A model generated the notes under the pieces. It saw only the letters and a list, made by a program, of their open reading frames with translations, was not told where the DNA came from and did no database searches. 64,000 nt of DNA from Octopus sinensis (Eukaryota): assembly GCF_006345805.1 (NCBI RefSeq), contig NC_042997.1:48112001-48176000 (forward strand). Direction: 5' to 3'. Position 1 is the first letter of the stretch. Each line of letters starts with the position of its first letter. Below are positions 1 to 12,785 of the stretch, in pieces. Made by a program: the position numbers and the translations under genes.

Positions 1-371
1 ACACACACACAAACATACACACACACATATTCATAGTAGAAATTTGCACAAAAGATTGCATACGTGCGTCAAATTTTGTTATCAAAATTTCCATTGTTAG
101 ATAGTTATAAATAAAGTCTAAATCTAAATCTCAAATTGGGAAGAGAAAAGAAAAGTATACATAATACATACATACATACACAACATTATATTACATTCAT
201 TACATTACATATTCAATATTCAATCATTAAACGAGCAGAGACTGTGCAAAAATTTCCCCTCTGTATTGGATTAATAAACACCCAGAATTGTTTAATGGCG
301 ACCTAAGCGATGGCAAATGTCGAAATAACAATCACACGATCTTCGAGACTTATTTTCTATTATTTCTTACT

Positions 372-741
372 CTGTTAGTGCATCGGACGAAATGCTTAGC
401 GGTATTTCGTCTGCCGCTACGTACTGAGTTCAAATTCCGCTAAGGTCGACTTTGCCTTTCATCCTTTCGGGGTCGATTAAATAAGTAGCAGTTATGCACT
501 GGGGTCGATATAATCGACTTAATCCGTTTGTCCTTTCTGTGTTTAGCCCCTTGTGGGTAGTAAAGAAATAGGTATTTTGCCCATTGCTACGTTCTGAGTT
601 CAAATTCTGCTGCGGTCGACTTTGCCTTTCGTCCTTTCGGGATCGATAAATTAAATATCAGTGAAACATCAGTGTAGATGTAATCGACTAGTCCCCTCCC
701 ACAAAATTTCACGCCTTATGCCTATAGTAGAAAGGATTATT
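372..741 (+). mobile_element. tRNA-derived SINE family B, two tandem bodies (about 372-545 and 570-741)
   Basis: B-box-like GAGTTCAAAT followed by the family body GGTCGACTTTGCCTTTCATCCTTTCGGGGTCGAT; the same body recurs at 5140, 7748, 17408-18245, 37985, 38440 and 53258. Confidence 0.8.
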
Positions 742-819
742 GCTTACTTTGTATTAAAATTTGTTAAAGAAACATTAAATACACTACGCACACACATTTG
801 AAATAAGCTTTAGCTATAT

Positions 820-1227
820 TCTTTTAATCTTCTATTTGTCTCAGTCATTCGACTACGGTCATGCTGCAGCACCAACTTAAGGGGTTTTAGTCGAACAAAT
901 CGACCCCAGGACTTATTATTTGTAAGCCTAGTACTTATACTATCGGTCTCTTGCCGAACCGCTAAGTTACGGGTACATGAACGTACCAACATTAATTGTC
1001 AAGCGATGGTGGGGGTACAAACACAGACGCAAACACACAAATATATATATATATATATATATATGACGGGCTTCTTTCAGTTTCCGTCTACCAAATCCAC
1101 TCAGAAGGCATTGGTCGGCCCGGGGCTATAGTAGAAGAAACTTGCCCAAAGTGCCACGCAGTGGAACTGAACCCGAGACCATGTGATTGGGAAGTAAGTT
1201 ACTTACCACACAGCCACGCTTGCGCAT
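820..1227 (-). mobile_element. tRNA-derived CORE-like SINE family A
   Basis: Minus strand: head GCGTGGCTGTGTGGTAAGTAA...GGGTTCAGTTCC, CORE-like CTTTGGGCAAGT, internal (TA)/(TG) tract, 3' tail ...CAGCATGACCGTAGTCGAATGACTGAG. Alignable to 3452, 12786, 50386 and 58741. Confidence 0.85.
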
Positions 1228-2689
1228 ATACTGAGATTAATTCAACAAATTCTCCCCTACAAGTCTTTTGGTTTGGTATTCTTTAACAAATTTCAATACA
1301 GAATTAGTACACAAGTGATAATGGAAGAATTCTATTTGAATTCTAATTGCTTGTCATGTCTGTTGCATTCTTATTATAAGATTCTCCTTTGAATAAGCCA
1401 CCCAAATAATATATATATACATAGGTGGGTGTTGAAGAGTGTGTACTTACAACAAATTCGTATCCATCATACAGGAATGTATGTTTACAAGAGAATGTGT
1501 GCGCGCGCGCAGGCTCGATTAAGGTTGAAAAATAGTAATGGGAAATTCATGAAAGCTGAATGGGAAGTGAAAACCGGAAGTGTCTCGTCATTTATAGCCG
1601 ATGTCAGGAGGTACTCTCACGTGTTAACTTTGACTAGTAAGTAATGAAAATATAATTAGGAGTTCAAATTTCAGTTGGGTTATGGTGTGTAGAAAAATCC
1701 TGTTAGTGGCTTCAGCAGATACAATAACATAAACTAAAAGTGAACAAAATATAAGAATACAATCAGTAGGTAACTATTAAGCGCCTATAGATATGAGGGC
1801 AAGATGATTTGTCAGGGATGGTTGTTTCACAATTTAAGTTTCAAATTTCAGCTGATATTTCAATTTTCGCATCTGCCAGGTTGGTCTTAACATATAATTA
1901 GCTTCGACTGCAATGTGCTAAAAGCATATACTGAGTGACTAAATTAGTGATAGGGAACTGTAGCGTCTACGTACATTTTTAAAGTTGACATTCATCAAAA
2001 GGGGCCGCTTCTGAAAAGGCAATCAATTAACTAAATGATAAAAACATCTGAACCAAATTTGGTCGGCAACTTATTAAGAGTACTCGGTTCGGCAAAGAAA
2101 GGACTTCTGTGCTTTTGCTTCAGTTTCTTTTTAATATTTGTCGGTTTTATTTATTTCTTAATTTTTTTTTATGTGAGATGTTGATTTCTTTACACGCAGC
2201 TGGAATGTAACTAATAGAAAGTTCACAAGAAAAACATAATATTCACAAGATGCACACAGAAATATTCCTAAAGGAATTAAAATGACGCTGATCAATCGCA
2301 GATTGGCGAGTGGATAAACATACAAGCGCATGATATCCTATCTTATGCACTGTGTTTTATCCGATCCATTGCAAATCTCTTAACATATAATTAGCCCATC
2401 TCGACAATTTGCAATTAGATATTATAAGAATAGTATAGGAATAAGAATATCACGTAGAAGTCACTTATTCTCAAGCAATTTGTTGGCTCTAAACGGCAAG
2501 TTCAAATCTCATAGCGTAAATTCAGGTTATCATCCAGGATTTTCAAGGAAACTCTAAAGTGTTATGTATGTCGCTGTTTCATCTTTAAAATAGGAAATAA
2601 TATTGCAGGTACAAGAAAATTTAACACAGGTGATCGACAGGTAAATTTGCACTCAAAATTCAAATAATTGCACAAGATATTTTTTAAAA

Positions 2690-3010
2690 GACTCCGCCGG
2701 TTACGACGACGAGGGTCCCAGCTGATACGATCAACGGAACAGCTTGCTCGTGAAATTAACGTGCATATGGCTGAGCATTCCACAGACACGTGTACCCTTA
2801 ACGTAGTTCTCGGGGATAATCAGCGTGACACAGAGAGTGACAAGGCTGACCCTTTAAAATACAAGTACAACTAATTTTTGCCAGCTGAGTGGACTGGAGC
2901 AACGTGAAATAAAGTGTCTTGCTCAAGGACACAACGCGTCGCCGGGAATCGAACTCACAACCTTACGATCATGAGCCGAATGCCCTAACCACTAAGCCAC
3001 GCGCCCTCAC
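2690..3010 (-). mobile_element. tRNA-derived SINE family C (head type 1)
   Basis: A box TGGCTTAGTGG, B box GAGTTCGATTCCC, CORE-like CCTTGAGCAAGACACT; the 3' about 190 bp is shared with 49885-50071. Confidence 0.8.
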
Positions 3011-3451
3011 TGCACAAGATATATTACAAATAACACTACGTTCCAGAGTATTCGCTGAAAGATCGGATGTAGATCGAGTCAACGATGAACTCACTACGTA
3101 GTCGCTCGATATGCAAGAAGCAATCTCCTTTATACTGCGCCCTAGTAAATTTAAACGGGTTAAGGGAAGGTTACATTGGATATGTAACGTATACATTCTT
3201 AGATCAACTACTGTATAACATGACTAAAATAATTCCTAGGAAGTCAGTGACCCTAGTAATCAGACATGACCTAATACTAAACAATGTATAACTATACACT
3301 GTATGAGAAAGAGAAAATGACAACCAGTTCCAGTTGTCAGATCTAAATATCACATTCCAGTATAATGTATCTATGAGCTTATGCGTGTGTATGTGTGCAT
3401 GTATGTATATGTGTGCGCGCACAATGTATTGAAAACACAAATATTATTGGT

Positions 3452-3851
3452 TACTCTTTTACTTGTTTCAGTCATTTGACTGCGGCCATGCTGGAGCACC
3501 GCCTTTAATCGAGCAACTCGACCCCGGGACTTATTCTTTTGTAAGCCCAGTACTTATTCTATCGGTCTCTTTTGCCGAACCGCTAGGTAACGGGGACATA
3601 AACACACCAGCATCGGTTGTCAAGCAATGCTAGGGGGACAAACACAGACACACAAACACACACACGCATATATATATATATATACGACGGGCTTCTTTTC
3701 AGTTTCCGTCTACCAAATCCACTCACAAGGCTTTGGTCGACCCAAGGCTATAGTAGAAGACACTTGCCCAAAGTGCCACGCAGTGTGACTGAACCCGGAA
3801 CCATGTGGTTGGTAAACAAGCTACTTACCACACAGCCACTCCTGCACCTAT
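3452..3851 (-). mobile_element. SINE family A, near full length
   Basis: Head ATAGGTGCAGGAGTGGCTGTGTGGTAAG; tail GGCGGTGCTCCAGCATGGCCGCAGTCAAATGACTGAAACAAGTAAAAGAG. Confidence 0.9.
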
Positions 3852-5139
3852 AAACGGTTACATCGTTTTTTGTAATAAACTGGGTTTTTTTCTTTTTTGA
3901 TGCGTTCTTTACAGTTGTCTTAATGTTTCTAGGTCATTGTTCTCTTTTATTCTAGACGAAGGGGTCTCTGTCTTTTGAGAGAAGATACTTGTTTCACTCA
4001 AAATGCAGCTATTGGTGCATTTAATCATTAATGGTGAAACTTTGGAGTATAGAATTAACTGATATTTTAATTCTTTCAAATTGTCCTGCTCGCTTACAAT
4101 CAAAGTGCTATAAATAAGAATGTTCTTTAGTGGTTTAGGAATTTGACTGCCCTTTTTAGCATGCAAGAAACCACATAGTGGCATTCTCTCCGTGTATAAA
4201 TGTTATATATAACACCGGGATTCCGTACAGTTTCCCGCGACGAAATTCATTCGCAAACCATTAGTCGGGCAGGGACTATAATGAATGACACTTGCCAATA
4301 TGCTATGCAGTTGGACTTAATACTGAAAAGAAATCTCTAATGAACTCAAGGACAAATGTGAAGAAAACTAATTAATAACACCAATATCTTGAAGGCAGTC
4401 GTAGAGTATGTGTTTGTCGTGGTGGTATGCCTTTATTTCACTCACCCTTCGTTATTACCATTAATATATTGCATTCAATTTACTCCACTCTGTCCCTTGT
4501 AATGCTGCATTGATGCAAACCTCTCCTATCGTGATGTATGAATAATGAATTATTGAGCATTCAATTGCTTTAATGGAATTGAAACCGTTCCTTTTACATA
4601 TATAACTTAACATAAGTGGATGCAGAGAATAAAATGGTTCGGTTAATTTGAAATACCAAAGCTCTTAAGTGAAGTAATTAGCACATCTTACGGTTTTATG
4701 GGCGCGGCGTTCGAATCCCGCATGGAATCAAACGAGTTTTAAGTAAATGTTTGTGCATGTGTGTGTGTGTGTAGCACCATATTTTGATACACTGAAGTGA
4801 AATCTTTGTTTATATGTTGTCTGTATCTAACTCTGGCCATATGTTAAATTTGTTTCTTGATTTAGTCGGTAGCAGCTGTGATGTTGCTTCAGTGTGGTTC
4901 TTAGCACAACTAAACAGTACTAGCAGCATACAAATTCTGCAGGCGATATTACACGTATTTTCCGTCTTCTGTTTTAGATGTTTTATTCAGCTGCTAAATT
5001 TCTTATTTCCTTTCAAAAAAAAAAAACCTTCAGCAAACTTAACTCATATTCGTCGGAAATATTCATACGTTATTACAACTTCCCTTTTTACAAACTTCTA
5101 TAATTTTCTGTTGAAACACCTATATAATCCTTTTTACTA

Positions 5140-5324
5140 TAGGCACAAATCCTTAAAGTTGGGGAAGTGCTATAATCGGTTACACGGACCCCAGTACCCT
5201 ACGGGTACTTATCTTATCAACACCGCAGGATGAAAGACAAAGTCGACCTCGGCGGAATTTGAACTCAGAACATGAAGACGGACGAAATGTCGCTAAGCAT
5301 TTCTCCCGGTGTGCTCACCGCCTT
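5140..5324 (-). mobile_element. SINE family B
   Basis: Reverse complement of the family B head and body (AAGTCGACCTCGGCGGAATTTGAACTCAG on +). Confidence 0.8.
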
Positions 5325-6847
5325 AAACACATCTTTATAATCAACAAGCAAGAATCAGTGCCGGCCAACCGTGCCAGAAATCCCCAAAATAACACCACAA
5401 CATTTACAAAACGAGGAAAAATCGAATGAAGATCATATTAGAGAGTGTTGTCCGAGATATATATGAAGACGAGTTTGTCACGTCTGAAAAGTACTTCTAC
5501 ACTTACGCGAGAAGCACGTCTTCCCAGGTAAATGGGCAGAAAGACCACTTCTTCCGTCTTGAAGGGAGTAACGGCATGATGTCTGGCCACAGCCTCGGAA
5601 ACAAACCACACCACCTCCGTTGCGAACTCTTTCCCTCTTTCCAACTGGGCTGCAGAGCTCTTTCCACTTCAGTTCTCATAGTTAACTCTATCCGATGTAC
5701 TCTTATATGTTCTGTACAACACCGTTCTTTTGGCCTTCTTTTCTGTAGTTTTCTTGGGATGGGATACCTTAACGTCGTTCCTCTCCTTTTCATCATTTCA
5801 TCATTTCCAGGCATACATCTTCAGACTTCCGTCTCACCGCCTCTGCGAAATTCTTCTTTTCCGCCTTATCTATTTTTATCGAGACATCCTATTAGCTTCT
5901 ACTCAGACGACGACAGGTCTGAGTAGCTAATTCTTTTTATTTTACCACAATTCCTCTTTCAAACAAGGGGGCAGCTTTAACAAAACTGCCGTAAGGCAGC
6001 AAAATCAAGTGCCTTGAGAGACAAAAATTATCAACAAATAGAACTCAATACACCTTGACTAACTTTTCGAACAACGTACAAACAAAAAAGATGATCGTAA
6101 CAACAATTTCTTTATTGCCCACAGGGGCCAAACACAAAGGGACGGTAAAAATGAGGGAGGAGTCGATGGTACGTATGTTTTCTACACAGAGGTGAAAAGT
6201 AAAATATATATATATATATATGTAATTAAGCAATTAAGGACAACTACTTAATAAGGAAAACTTAACAAGAAATTGTCAGGTAGATAGCGTGAAAACCTCA
6301 TAAGAGAAAAATTTCGAAAATAATTATTTCTTATTGAACATATTAATAAATTAATATGCCCTCTATATATATATATATGTATATATATATTGGTCCAGGC
6401 CACGTCTAACTTAATAGCACCACCTGATAGGATTATTTGAATCCTGTTTTAGTCAAGTTTTGTTTATGTTCCATTCAAGTAGTGAGTTTTTGTTGGGTGA
6501 TATGTATGTATGTATGTATGTAATAGATTTAAATCAGTAATTTGGTCGTACTTATTCTGAAGACATCGGGAAGATAAAACCGTCCACCACGTGATTTGAA
6601 CCCTACTGCTACTGTATCGGTTTGTAAATTCACCGTCTTTTTATTATAATCGTTAAATCAAAGATGATACAATTAAAAACTAATATTCTATTTTATTGCA
6701 TTCATCATTTTTCTTTCGTTCTGGACATTTTCTCTAAATTCAATAATTACATGTGCGTATCTCTGTGTTTAAGTAGGTATGTATATATATATATGTGTGT
6801 GAGTGTGTTTGTGTGTGCGTATACATACATATATATATATATATATA

Positions 6848-6883
<36 letters not shown>

Positions 6884-7747
6884 GTACTTTTTACTGATAA
6901 TAAATTGGTAGGTAATTAGTTTCTAAGATAATGAGAGAAAAATGTCAGCTGAAATGAGTTACTTTTTATAATGAAAATTAAACAGTTTTCAAGTATTTGT
7001 GTATATAGAACATAGTAATATACACACATTATAGAAATTATGATTTACTTTTGTCATTATTTTTCTATTGATTTTTTTTTTTTCATTTTTTTTTTGTATC
7101 GTCAGTGAATTTTTGACAGTATCGATAAAGCTGTCACTCACAAAAGGAAATTAGTACGTATCCAGTGTTTGAAAGAAAGAATTATGTGGGAACCATCTTT
7201 GTTTTATCACTTTTTCTAAAAATATAGGCTGTCTATTTTTATCAGCTGTTAATATATTTTCTTGAGTTCATGGGTGTTGTCTGGATGAGACCTCATTAAA
7301 GCTAAAGAAAATATCCAGTACAATATATATAAATATAAAGTATTTAATAGAAATTACTAAGAGTTGTTTGGATAAATGGTACCTTTGAAATCCATTGCCA
7401 ACTTTCAGAAATTCTTTTTGATATATTCCAAGATGAACGTTTTTTTTCAAAAGTGTTGATTCTTCTAACTTCGCAAATATTTTATTTTTTTAATCCTTTT
7501 TGAAACAAGTTTTTCTACGAATTTAAAATGTTTCAGTTAGATCAAGATCGTTACAGCGAATGTAGTAGGTGACAGAATAAAGTGAACAAGGGACATTTCT
7601 CACGATATTTACTTGGGGAATCTTTAGCTGTTGAGTCCACACTAGGCTACACCCGGTTTTGCTTTTCGACAATACGTGATCGATAAATAAAGCATCACTC
7701 AGGAGCTACATTAAACACGTCTACTTAAACTGTTTCTGGCAGAACCG

Positions 7748-7965
7748 AGAGGCGGCGAGATGGAAGGAACGCTACTGTGCCGGAAAAAATGCCCAGCAGC
7801 ATCTCGTCTGTTTTTTACGTTCTGTGGTCATATTCCGCCTAGGTTGACTTTGCCTTTTATTCTTTCGGGGAAGATAAAATAAGTTCCAGCCGAACACCGG
7901 AGTCAACATAATCGACTTTCCTTTCCCCTAAAATTGCTGGCTTTGAGACAAAATTTGAAACCATT
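7748..7965 (+). mobile_element. SINE family B, diverged
   Basis: GAGGCGGCGAGATGG head, GGTTGACTTTGCCTTTTATTCTTTCGGGG body, TTTGAAACCATT tail. Confidence 0.75.
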
Positions 7966-8537
7966 AATTTAGTGAGAGTTAAATGCTAGAATTCGTAAGG
8001 TAAAATGGCAATATGACGCTGTATTTACCTCTGAGTACCACTATTGTCATCAATGAATTCTGAGTACCACTGTTGTAATCATTGCATTTCACTATTGCAG
8101 AGATCCAAATATAAATATGGTTAAATCCAGTGTAGCATTCCGAAATAAGTCTAAAACTTACTGGGACACTGAATCTTAAACACCGGTGATTTGAAGGTAG
8201 CTCTTCACTTTTCATTCTTTGTTAGGGGCATTTAATTACACTTATATCACAAGGCAATTCATGATGTCTGCAACGATGTTCACTTCTCATACATTTCTTC
8301 TCATTTATGAATTTGAAACCCTGTTCTGATGCAACAAGCAAATCGATAAGTTAAAGCAAAATCTGAAGCTACGAGTTAATACCAAAGTGTACGTTAGTCC
8401 GACTACGTTATTCTTAAAGAATAGCTACTGTGTTCATGCATAGAGACATGCATACATATGCATACACACACACACACATACATACATACACACACACTCA
8501 CGCCCACACCCTCACACACATATATATCCCCCCTCTG

Positions 8538-8583
<46 letters not shown>

Positions 8584-8680
8584 CTTTTATCAAACTTTTA
8601 ATAGTTTTGATATTTATTTAAAAAAATAAAAAAATAAATATATTAATTAATTAATAATTAAATAATATAAAAATATAAAA

Positions 8681-8742
<62 letters not shown>

Positions 8743-8835
8743 TATATTTGTATATATATATTTAAAATTTATAAGTTTAATTTATTTAAATATTTTTTAA
8801 ATTTTTAACTTTTATATTTTAAAATTAATTTTATG

Positions 8836-8977
8836 TATTGGCTTATGTCTTTCACTGTTTGATTTGCCTAATAGTGGTTTTATCTCTAATTTAATGTAAT
8901 ATAATATATTTATACTATAAAATTGGATTTAATCCTAAATCTAAGTTTTCCTTGTAAGTTTGGATTTATTCCCTAAT

Positions 8978-8990
<13 letters not shown>
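8836..8990 (+). mobile_element. Probable PLE-type terminal repeat remnant (no ribozyme core retained)
   Basis: Resembles a recalled octopus repeat end (TTGGATTTAATCCTAAATCTAA...TTTGGATTTATTCCCTAATATTATT) that runs into (ATT)n/(TA)n; recall only, not verified. Confidence 0.3.
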
Positions 8991-9024
<34 letters not shown>

Positions 9025-9029
9025 CTTTT

Positions 9030-10110
9030 TGATAAGATTATACTTAGATTTTCCTAATGTATTTTCTTTTGATTTTAGCATCTGACCCCTAAACCCCTGA
9101 CTGTGTTATCTCTTTAGATTCTCTTTAAATTCATAGCTGATTTCAACAGCAATAAATTAGCTGTTTTACTGGTCAAAGAATAATATTCTCCTCTAGTTCC
9201 TAGATGCCTGTAATTAAAACCAGACTTGCCGTCTACTAATTCTTCTGTATAACTAGAACCCTCTTTTTTTCTTTTTCTTTTTTTCCCTTCTTTCCCTATT
9301 TCTTTCTCTTTTTTCTTTTTCTTTTTCTTCTTCTTTTCTCTTTTTTTCCTTTTCTCTTCTCTTTTAGTCCCCTTCCCCCCCTTTTTTGCTCCCTCCTCCT
9401 TTATTTTCTCTCTTTTCTTCTATTCCCGTCCCTTTTCTATTCTTTGCCTCTCTAGAAAGCCCTTCAGCCTTTAAAAGTTAAATAGCTACAGCCTCTTGTA
9501 AATAGCAGTAATGTGATTAATGTGGCAAATACCTAATCATATAACAAGAATTGATACCTACCTCATTGTGTTCAACCACTGATAAATTTATCGCCTGTGA
9601 ATATGAAATTCCTCTTCATTTCTCTGGAAATTTACATCTACACCATTGGAGATTGTGCATCTATACAAAGGATTAATTCACCCTCTCTGTAATGCTAATA
9701 AGCAGGAATTGAGACCCACCTCGTTGTGATTAACAATGGATAAATTTGTCTTCTGTGAGTATGTAATCCCTCATCATATCTCTGGAAATTCATATGTGCT
9801 CTATGGATTAGGTCACCTTCTCTGTGATGCTATTAAAACTTTTTTAAAATTCTGTGATAAAACTGTACATCATCTTAAAGAACTGTAATTAACTTGGAAA
9901 TCTGTTTATGTTTATGTTACTTAATTATCTACATTACTTCATGAGTATAGCCTCAACCACTAGGATGTCTAGAGAACTCACATGTATTTTAGCTGATGAG
10001 TACGGGACACGTTTATATGCTGTAATTTTTACAACTTTTAATAAAGCCTGTCCTTGTATGAAACGATTGTACTAAAAACCTATCCATTCTTGTTGCTTCT
10101 TTCCCGCGTA
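9030..10110 (+). mobile_element. Degenerate Penelope-like element remnant ending in an HHR-bearing terminal repeat
   Basis: HHR at 9987-10077; diverged internal tandem duplication of about 157 bp (about 9551-9707 vs 9708-9840). No readable RT or GIY-YIG ORF, so the PLE assignment rests on the HHR type. Confidence 0.35.
9987..10077 (+). ncRNA. Type I hammerhead ribozyme
   Basis: Stem I TTTTAG(9987-92)/CTAAAA(10072-77); CTGATGA 9993-99; stem II GTACGGGACA/TGTCCTTGTAT; GAAA 10060-63; minimal stem III AC-gatt-GT; GUA cleavage triplet 10069-71. Confidence 0.85.
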
Positions 10111-10667
10111 TATATATAAATATATATGCACATATATATTTCTGTTGTTTATTAAACTTGCATTATGTAGATAGAGATGTATGGCAAGAGGACGGCGGTA
10201 ATTACTTTTGCTTCGCAGCAAGACCTAAGTATCAATCAATCAATGGTTAATTACCACGGAATATATTACTTGTATCTGAACAAAAGATGAACAATTATAA
10301 GCATATAATTCATTACATCAGCAAGTAACTTATTAGTATTATTTTGTTTTTTTTTCACAAATCTCTTCTCTTCTCTTCTAAAATATAGTTCATGCTGTCT
10401 TGTACAAAATTACAGGTATTGATTTAACCGTATCACTCGAGCATCTCCCTTGTTTTTTGTTTTGTTTTATTTCTTAAATAACCTCTGTTTATTGCCTATT
10501 CTCCGCTTCTATTTATCACTTTCCTTCACCTCCACTGAACTTTTTTTCTATCTCTTCTCACTTCTTTGCTCTGCTCTATCTTTTATAACTATAGATATTT
10601 CTAAAAAGGAAGACTTGTCTCTCATCTTAGAAATCTGACGTCGGGAAAAAGAAATAACTACAACAAC

Positions 10668-10714
<47 letters not shown>

Positions 10715-12458
10715 CAATAATATTGATAATAATAATAATCAATTGAAATTTAAAGCGAAAACGACAAAAATACTTCAACGGAAAACGAGAAAATATATCG
10801 TAGGCACAGTTTGTGAACACGTTATTGACACTGCAGTACTTCTTTCGTAGTACTAAAAGGAGACAGAAGAGAGAGGGGTAGAGGGAGACACTGAGGAACG
10901 TGTGAGTAGGAGGGAGAGAGAATGATTGATTCTGTTGGAAGTGTGAGCTGCAGAGAGATATAGAGAGAGGGAGATGCTCTCTCCCCTTCATGTTGTTTTC
11001 TCTCTTTTATTTTCATCTATGTCTCCTCGTTCTCATTATATCTTTTCTTTTCTTTTTTTTTTCCTTTACTCTTCTTTTTCAATTTTTCGAGCTCCAATTC
11101 TTTTCACTTCCGTGTTTTAGTCTGCTAAATAACGCTTCGCCGATCGTATTATCATAAAGTGGGAATGGAAGGGCGAGAAAGAAAGAGAGATAGAGACAGA
11201 AAGAGAGAGAGAGAGGGACAAGGAGAGAGAAAGAGGGAGAGAGAGACGAGGGGAGAGATAGAAGGGGTGAAATTGTGATAGGGGCGACAAAGTAGACTGG
11301 GAGAATGGGAAGACAAAATAGGAGAATGGAAGGAGAAGAGTAGAAAATATATATATGGGGGGGTGAGTGTTATACGTCTATACGTTTATATACATAGAAA
11401 TATATGCGTATATGTATACACACACATACATATACGCACATACGAATATATAAATATATATAAATACAAACATATATACTATATACGTGTGTGTGTGCAT
11501 ATGTGTGTTTATATATGTATGTACGTGCGTCGGAATATCGGAAAAGAGCTGCGAGGCGGGGAGAAGAAGAAGAAGAAGATACTGGAGAAAGAGAGTGAAG
11601 AAGAGATGAACAGCAGGAGGAAAGAATAAAAGCGAGAGGATGTGTTGCGGCGGCGGCGGTGGGGGGGAGGAGGGGTCATGTAGAAAACTGGGCCAAAGAG
11701 TGTGAGAGAGGGAAAGAGCGAAAGAGCGGATGGATGAAGGAGAGCGGAGGAACGGGGTGAAGCGGTGAATGTTGAGATGCGATAGTTTTGTTGTTTCGTT
11801 TCGTTTCGTTTTTGTTGTTTCTGTATCGCATTTTAACTATTAACAGCGATGTAAAAGGAAATCTTTATAAAGCAACCCGACAATAAAAGCTATATACACA
11901 TCTACTCTCACCTCGCCTCGATCTCTTGCTAATTGTCTTAGCTTCTACAATCGTCATTACCCTTTTCATTGTTGTTCTCTCTTTCTTCACATTTTTGTCG
12001 TCGTTATTCTCTGCTCATTCTTTCGAATGAGTAGCATCATGAGCGTTTTGCGATTTGATTAGATTATGCTTTCTCTGTTTGTCCTTCTTTAGAATATGCA
12101 TCGCATCGATACGTTGTACATAAAATAAAAGTAAATGAATCTACGTCGGATTCGACTATTAGTATTCAATTGTACGATAAGATCAACTACTGGTTCATTC
12201 AATTAACATTCCCCAGATACCTGCACACTTAATATCATTTACAAACAGTGACAAAAGTTGAAACTGAGAACTTCAGGTACAACTAAACCGACGGGTTACT
12301 GCTATGTGCGTGCTTCTATATGTATGTTTGTATGTATGTATGTATGTATGTATGTATATGTATATATATATATGTAGGTCCCGGGTTGAGTCGGGGTTAA
12401 CCACAGTAAACAAGGTACTCAATACATAGCAGAGTAAATTAATTTATTTTATAGAAGG

Positions 12459-12509
12459 AGCTTCTACAGGACTAGAACTGTTTCATTCAAATGAAATCAT
12501 CAGGAAGCT
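12459..12509 (-). ncRNA. Type I hammerhead ribozyme (minus-strand arm of the palindrome)
   Basis: Minus: AGCTTC CTGATGA tttcatttgaat GAAA CAG ttctagtc CTG TA GAAGCT. Confidence 0.75.
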
Positions 12510-12556
12510 TCCTGATGATTTCATTTGAATGAAACAGTTCTAGTTCTGTAGAAGCT
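12506..12556 (+). ncRNA. Type I hammerhead ribozyme (plus-strand arm of the palindrome)
   Basis: Stem I AGCTTC/GAAGCT; CTGATGA 12512-18; stem II TTC/GAA closed by a U-U pair; GAAA 12531-34; stem III ACAG/CTGT; GUA 12548-50. Confidence 0.75.
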
Positions 12557-12571
12557 CCTTCTATAAAATAA

Positions 12572-12625
<54 letters not shown>

Positions 12626-12708
12626 GTATATATTTGTATGGTGCCTCTCTCTATATATATATATTCTTTACTCTATACTCTTTGTTTCAGTCATTTGACT
12701 GCGTCAAA

Positions 12709-12742
<34 letters not shown>

Positions 12743-12785
12743 ATGTATATATTTGTATGGTGCCTCTATATATATATATATATTC

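Larger units (their letters stand above)
12376..12573. mobile_element. Short non-autonomous PLE-type element with an inverted terminal duplication (132-bp palindrome)
   Basis: 66-bp arms 12442-12507 and 12508-12573, no spacer, one mismatch (12470/12545), centred on AAGCTT; unique tail 12376-12441; flanked by (TA)n. Confidence 0.75.

Noticed and set aside
2940-3010. tRNA-like sequences (also 49688-49765, 57074-57132 and family A heads)
   Set aside because: A/B boxes are present, but there is no complete acceptor stem and they continue into SINE bodies; these are SINE heads, not tRNA genes.
5426-5926. 166-aa ORF and overlapping minus ORFs in a GC-richer segment
   Set aside because: No recognisable motif or splice structure; possibly a decayed retroelement ORF1 on the minus strand, but I cannot support a call.
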